From assembly GCA_031414955.1 (NCBI GenBank), contig JANOQV010000242.1:35459-99458 (forward strand): a stretch of 64,000 nt of DNA, read 5' to 3'. A program made the position numbers and the translations under genes. The notes beneath the pieces are model-generated. The model made no database searches and was not told the DNA's origin. It saw only the letters and a list, made by a program, of their open reading frames with translations. This DNA is from Pedosphaera sp. (GTDB lineage Bacteria > Verrucomicrobiota > Verrucomicrobiia > Limisphaerales > SIBH01). Positions 52,833 to 64,000 of the stretch are shown here, piece by piece (position 1 is the stretch's first letter; every line of letters begins with the position of its first letter).

Positions 52833-53396
52833 CTAGCGGGTCACCTTGGCGATCCGGAGGAGCTTGGAATTAATTTCCAGCCCGGCCCGCTTGGCGTTCT
52901 TGAGGTTGATCTCCAGTTTCTGCTGGCTGACCAGCAGGTTGAAGACGCCGCCGCTCTTGGTGAAAGTTTCACTCTCGCCCACCGTGAGCAGGCCGAAGGT
53001 GTTCGCGTCCTTGGTCAGTAACTGCCATTGCGGCTCTTGTTCCGCAGGGATGAAAAGCAGATGGCAGCGACGCAGTGCATTGGTGTCGGCGGGGAAAGTT
53101 TGTACGACCACGTCGCGCCCACCCACTTTCTGCCCCTTGAGCAGGGCTGTGAGCATCGGCTCGAGGGAGTTGGTGCCGAAGATGCCGACCACGAAATTCG
53201 TGTCCGAATCGGCCAGCACCGCCTTGGGCCACTGGACGTAGGGGGAGACCTTGGCCAGGGTGATGGCCTTGAATTCTTCGGGATTCAGGATGGCTTCCGC
53301 GCTCCAAACGCGCGCCAGTCCGGCGGCCAGCGCCAAGGCCGGCAGCCACCGGCGCCAGGCTGTCCACGTTTCGCGCGCTGAAGCCGGGTCAATCAT
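52833..53396 (-). CDS. YfiR family (DUF4154) periplasmic protein
   Basis: Signal peptide, E.KA..L...[37 protein letters not shown]. Confidence 0.9.
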   Translation of the reverse strand: MIDPASARETWTAWRRWLPALALAAGLARVWSAEAILNPEEFKAITLAKVSPYVQWPKAVLADSDTNFVVGIFGTNSLEPMLTALLKGQKVGGRDVVVQTFPADTNALRRCHLLFIPAEQEPQWQLLTKDANTFGLLTVGESETFTKSGGVFNLLVSQQKLEINLKNAKRAGLEINSKLLRIAKVTR

Positions 53397-53473
53397 GCAG
53401 AGGTCGGCACGGATGAGAGCGTTGTTCGCGAAGGTTGCATGGCGGGGAAATTATCATGACCCAGTGAGGAAAC

Positions 53474-54709
53474 TCAACGCGGTTGCTGTTCCGTCGTCGC
53501 TGGCCGGCCCGTCGTCGTGGCCACGAGTTCGCGCAAATCCCGCAGCCGTTGTGGCACGAGGAAGGTGGCTTCGCCGCCATAGCTCCGCTGAATCAGTTCG
53601 TGCAAAAACAACGCGCTCAATTTCTCGTGCAGCTTCTTCAGCGGCTTCAGCTTGTCCGCCTCCTTCCAGAATACGCGCAGCAACCACGGAATCAGGTGCA
53701 GCAGAAAGCGCGGGAAGAATCTCACCGGCTTCTGGCCGAGGGCCGTCATCGCCTCCGGGCCGATGAGGTCCTCCATGTAAAGTCGGGCCAGGTGGGACAG
53801 GCCGAGATGTTTCAGGAAAGTGTCCGGCAGGAGCGACGTCACCATCGCCAGCAGATGCGTGGCGAGTTCCACCCCGGCGGGATTCTCGGCGGCGGGTTTG
53901 TAATGCCGCCGCGCATAGGCCCGGTAGAACTCGCGCGCCTCCGCCAGCGTCTGCGGCACGAACGACGTGTCCGCCGGCCGGCCCGGCGGGTGAATGCCCA
54001 TGAGCAGCGCGAAGTTCGTCCACACGTAGTAATAGTCCGCCGCCTCCTGCTCGGTGAGCCCGGCCTCCAGTTCCTGCACACCTTCCACCACCAGCAGCGA
54101 GAAACCCATGATGGTGCCGAGCATGTCCTCCAGATTCACCGGCTCGCCGAAGCGCGCCCGGTAATCGGGGATTTTTCGAACCACGATCTGCCTGATGCCG
54201 GCGTGCAGCAGGCGCAGCTTGTTCGCCGTGACGATGGCTTCGCCCTTCGGCTCGAAGCCGCCGATGGAGCAGACGTTCACCACCATCTGCAAGACGCCGA
54301 GCAGCCGCACGTAGGTGTGATCATCGAGGTCGCGGGTCCGGTGCAGGATCGTGGTGAGACACGGTGCCTGGTAGCCCTCGGGCACGCTCTTGAGCAGCAG
54401 GGCCACGCAGGATTGGAAACAATTCTCGAGGAAAACTTTCTGTCCGGCGCGAAGGCGCTTCAGGTCAGCCGGCTTCCCGTCCGGATCGGGCAACCGGTGG
54501 AATTTCTGGAAAAAATCATCCGCCACCTGCGGCAGGCCAACCGGCATCTTCGCGTCGTTGGTTGTGAGCTGATGGAACTGCGCGCGGAAATCATCTTCTC
54601 CGCTGACCCGGTGCAGCTCGCGCAGGCAAAGGTCGGCGTCCGGATCGCCGAGCGCGCGCAGTTGATTCAGGAAACTGTCATCCGACCATTTCGTGCTCAC
54701 GGTTTTCAT
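53474..54709 (-). CDS. MpaB / rubber-oxygenase (Lcp)-like heme oxygenase (DUF2236 family)
   Basis: LRALGDPDAD, KLRLLHAGIR (heme-ligand His), PVNLEDMLGT..GFS and DYYYVW...ALLMGI. Confidence 0.82.
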   Translation of the reverse strand: MKTVSTKWSDDSFLNQLRALGDPDADLCLRELHRVSGEDDFRAQFHQLTTNDAKMPVGLPQVADDFFQKFHRLPDPDGKPADLKRLRAGQKVFLENCFQSCVALLLKSVPEGYQAPCLTTILHRTRDLDDHTYVRLLGVLQMVVNVCSIGGFEPKGEAIVTANKLRLLHAGIRQIVVRKIPDYRARFGEPVNLEDMLGTIMGFSLLVVEGVQELEAGLTEQEAADYYYVWTNFALLMGIHPPGRPADTSFVPQTLAEAREFYRAYARRHYKPAAENPAGVELATHLLAMVTSLLPDTFLKHLGLSHLARLYMEDLIGPEAMTALGQKPVRFFPRFLLHLIPWLLRVFWKEADKLKPLKKLHEKLSALFLHELIQRSYGGEATFLVPQRLRDLRELVATTTGRPATTEQQPR

Positions 54710-54723
54710 TCTCGCGGAGCTGA

Positions 54724-57417
54724 TCAAAAGCGGCAGGTCAGTTGGCCGTAAATCGCGCGGTCCACCCCGATGGCGCTCGTCTGGTAGAAGAGCGGATCGT
54801 TCGATTCCTTGTGGCCCTCTTCGAGGAGATTTCTGCCCACCAGCGCCAGCTCCCAGTGCTTGCTGAACCGCCAGGCGATCCGCGCGCCGAGGTCGAAGTA
54901 ATCATGCACCTGGATCGGACTGCGTTCATCGACCCAGCGCACCGTCACGTCGAAATCAACATCCCGGTGCGGGTTCCACGAGGTGCGCAACGAGACCTGG
55001 TTCTGCGGGTTCATGTCCGTCTCGTTCACGCTGAACGGATCTTCAGCTTCAAAAATCGTGTACGTGTAAGCCAGCGTGAGACGCACGTCCTGGAGCACCT
55101 GCCAGGAGCTGGCCAACTCCGCGCCGTAGCTCTGCGCCGTGGCAGTGTTGACCGCCACCACCGGGATACGGACGTGGGGAAAGGGCGCGGCGTGAAACGT
55201 CGCCTTGCTCGTCTGGACACTGCCGGTGATGAGGTCGGTGTAGTCATTGTAAAAGCCGGCGAGATCAAACGACAGCCGGTCGCTGGCCAGCCAGCGATGG
55301 CCCGCCTCGTAAGCCAGCACTTTCTCCGGTTTTGAGTCCGGGCTGCCGGTGCCGTAGAAAAACGCCGGGAGCGGCGAGCCGGGAGAATAGAACGGCCCGG
55401 CCAGCGGCGAATTGCGCGTGTCGAGCTGCTCGCGGTCGGCGATGACCGCCGCGCGCGACACGGACGCCCAAGTCGTGTGGTGCTCGTTCACCAGCCAACT
55501 GAGCCGCGCGTTCGGCAGGATCTCCCAGCCCGTTAGGTTGTAATGCTCGAAGCGCGACCCCAGCACCAGCTTCAGCCGCTCGGGCCAGAGCGTGATTTCA
55601 TCCTGGAGGAACAGCGTGAGCAGGTGGAGGTGTCTCGTCTCGGGCGTAAAATAGACGCGCGGATCGCCCCGTTGCTCCACCGTGCTCGGGAAGTAGCGGT
55701 AGCCGATGCCGTACTGCACGTCCTGGCGGAGCGGCAGCGGGAACCGGTGCCGCACCTCCACGTCGTACTTGTCCTCGACCAGATTGTCGCTGATGTCCCC
55801 GCGCCGGTCGGTGTGGTCGTAAAACATCTGCGCGTTCAACTCCGAGCCTTCCCCCAGCGGCTTGCGCCAGGCCAGCATCGCGTGCGCGGCCAGCGCATCG
55901 AACTCATCCTTCACGAAATCCGTGTGCGCATTGGTGGCCAGGCTTGGATAAAACCGCTCGACGCCCATGCGTCCCTGATAATAGCCGGCGTCGAAGGTCA
56001 GGAAATTCTTTCCCTTCAATTCCCAGTCGCCCCGCACTCCGGCGCTCCAGGAACTCCAGCCGTTCCCAATCGCATCCTTCTGATCCACGCTGGCTCCCTT
56101 GACGAAGCCGCGCAGCGCGCCGTCCTTCCCGGCCGCCATGCCGTAGCGCACCTCCGCGAAGCCCTGATACAACTCGCCGCCGCCGATGCTGGCGTAGGTG
56201 CCCTTGGTCGCGTGGGCGTCCTTGGTGATGATGTTGACCACGCCCGCCGCCGCATTCGCGCCCCAGGTCGCACCGCCCGGCCCGCGAATGACCTCGATGC
56301 GATCGATGTCTTCATAGAGATAATCCACCGAATCCCAGTACACGCCGCCCATCGACGGGCTGAAAACGGTCCGGCCATCCACCAGCACCTGCAACCCGCG
56401 CTCGAAGCGCCGCTTGCCCAGCCCGCGCGCGTTCACGATCCAGGTGTGCTCGTCCACCTGGGCCACAAACATGCCCGGCACCATGCGCAGCAGATCGGGA
56501 ACGCTCCGCGCGCCGGAGCGCTGGATGTCCTCCGAGTTGATCACGAACACCGCGCTGGGCGATTCGAAGACCGTGCCGGACTTGCGCAGCACCGAAGTGA
56601 CCTCCGTGTTCAACACGTCCTCGATGGAAAGCTGGCGCAGTTGCTCGATGCGATTGGTGTTGGTGTCCGCCTGCTGCGCCTGGATCGCGCCGGCCGTGCC
56701 CAGCCACAACACCGCGGCCGCGGCGGCCCCAGCCCGGAGGCCGCCGACCGCGCCGGAGGTCGAACCAGCCGCCCGCTTGCGCAGGAACACGGCGATGAAG
56801 ATCGCGTCCAGCACCGTCGAGGTCGCACACATCACCATGAGGCAGTTGTGCTGCCCGTCCCAATAATGCATGACCATGAAGAGCGTCACCAACCCGGTGC
56901 CGATCACCCGCAGCCACATGGCCGGGGCGGAGAACCGTTGGGTGTCCTCCGACTTCAGCAGCAGGAGCAGATAAAACACCGAGATGAGAAGCTGCGCGAT
57001 GTAGGCCGAGTTCGCTCCGATGGGCGAGTCGTGTCCCTCGCGGGTGAAGAAAAAGTAGAAGGCCAGCCAGAACAGCAACGAGCCGATGAACACGGGACGA
57101 TAATGCTTCCGCAGCCGCGCGTCGCTGATCTGCCAGTCCGCGTACTTCCAGATGCCGACGATGATCACCAGGTCGAAGACGAGCCAGGCGCGGTAGCCCC
57201 ACTGGACCAGCGGCCCCATGTCCGGGACAAACACGCCGCTCCACAGGAACTCCCAGGCCAGATTGCTCACCGCCGCGAAGAACGGCATCTCCGCGCTTTG
57301 TTTCTTGAACATGTCACGGACAAAAATGCCGTACACCACCACCCACAGAAAACAGCCGGTCAGGAAGACGGCCAATTCAAGGTGGGTGTACTTTTCGAAG
57401 TTCAGCAATTTATCCAT
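54724..57417 (-). CDS. Fusion protein: N-terminal membrane-type terpene cyclase (Pyr4/PaxB/XiaE-like) and C-terminal TonB-dependent receptor
   Basis: Residues ~1-215 have about 7 TMs with W...Y, MP......NLAWEF and a late LD motif. Residues ~248-897 have a plug (EVTSV, DIDRIEVIRGPG..WGANA..GVVNIITK) and a beta-barrel ending in F. Confidence 0.82.
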   Translation of the reverse strand: MDKLLNFEKYTHLELAVFLTGCFLWVVVYGIFVRDMFKKQSAEMPFFAAVSNLAWEFLWSGVFVPDMGPLVQWGYRAWLVFDLVIIVGIWKYADWQISDARLRKHYRPVFIGSLLFWLAFYFFFTREGHDSPIGANSAYIAQLLISVFYLLLLLKSEDTQRFSAPAMWLRVIGTGLVTLFMVMHYWDGQHNCLMVMCATSTVLDAIFIAVFLRKRAAGSTSGAVGGLRAGAAAAAVLWLGTAGAIQAQQADTNTNRIEQLRQLSIEDVLNTEVTSVLRKSGTVFESPSAVFVINSEDIQRSGARSVPDLLRMVPGMFVAQVDEHTWIVNARGLGKRRFERGLQVLVDGRTVFSPSMGGVYWDSVDYLYEDIDRIEVIRGPGGATWGANAAAGVVNIITKDAHATKGTYASIGGGELYQGFAEVRYGMAAGKDGALRGFVKGASVDQKDAIGNGWSSWSAGVRGDWELKGKNFLTFDAGYYQGRMGVERFYPSLATNAHTDFVKDEFDALAAHAMLAWRKPLGEGSELNAQMFYDHTDRRGDISDNLVEDKYDVEVRHRFPLPLRQDVQYGIGYRYFPSTVEQRGDPRVYFTPETRHLHLLTLFLQDEITLWPERLKLVLGSRFEHYNLTGWEILPNARLSWLVNEHHTTWASVSRAAVIADREQLDTRNSPLAGPFYSPGSPLPAFFYGTGSPDSKPEKVLAYEAGHRWLASDRLSFDLAGFYNDYTDLITGSVQTSKATFHAAPFPHVRIPVVAVNTATAQSYGAELASSWQVLQDVRLTLAYTYTIFEAEDPFSVNETDMNPQNQVSLRTSWNPHRDVDFDVTVRWVDERSPIQVHDYFDLGARIAWRFSKHWELALVGRNLLEEGHKESNDPLFYQTSAIGVDRAIYGQLTCRF

Positions 57418-57679
57418 AGGAGTCAGTCGGGGTGAGAGGTGGTTGCGAACGAGGCCGGCATGACCGCGACATGGAACGACGGACGTTCATGCGTTGGTAT
57501 TGGTTTGGCCCACATTTGTTTCAATCCCGTCGTGGCAAAAATTGCCCCCACTCCAAGCGCCGGGATGCCGCGAAATTTGTTGGCCGCCGCCGGAACGGTC
57601 AAGGTTCGTTTTCCGTCGGTGCCGACATGGCGCGTGAGCACCGGTGCGACGGCTCCGGACTCCGGTTGCGACTTTGCCA

Positions 57680-64000
<6,321 letters not shown>

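Overview
High-GC bacterial chromosome segment. The gene content (DUF1549/DUF1553 cytochrome plus DUF1501, CotH/lamin-tail protein, LamG/PA14 propeller kinase) suggests the PVC superphylum, most likely Verrucomicrobiota; this is inference. Left to right: a 5'-truncated Fe-ADH, a PQQ-like propeller protein, a giant secreted CotH-kinase protein, a PSD1/DUF1501 pair, glutathione peroxidase, DUF4202, a GT2 and a CHASE hybrid kinase. Next is a MoxR-DUF58-BatA-BatB operon interrupted by a ~5 kb accessory block (ParE-type toxin-antitoxin, a ubiquitin-like -GG protein, DUF4132, KilA-N, VanY). Then come cysK, a lone integron-like cassette, rho, a DUF3142 pair, gltB/gltD split by a pile-up of palindromic repeats, LysR and ACT genes, and a large signalling locus. 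The best candidate for a new system is 46630-57417. There a Pyr4/PaxB-type membrane terpene cyclase is fused in frame, through an internal signal-peptide-like linker, to a TonB-dependent receptor. It is followed by an MpaB/Lcp-type heme oxygenase, YfiR, a hybrid kinase, a response regulator, a HisKA-HisKA-REC-PP2C protein and anti-sigma/anti-anti-sigma pairs, which suggests an isoprenoid make/import/sense circuit. Also notable are the Ubl-DUF4132 pair and palindromic DNA elements inserted in frame at the same loop of two paralogous kinases. All calls are by eye from motifs; no searches were run.
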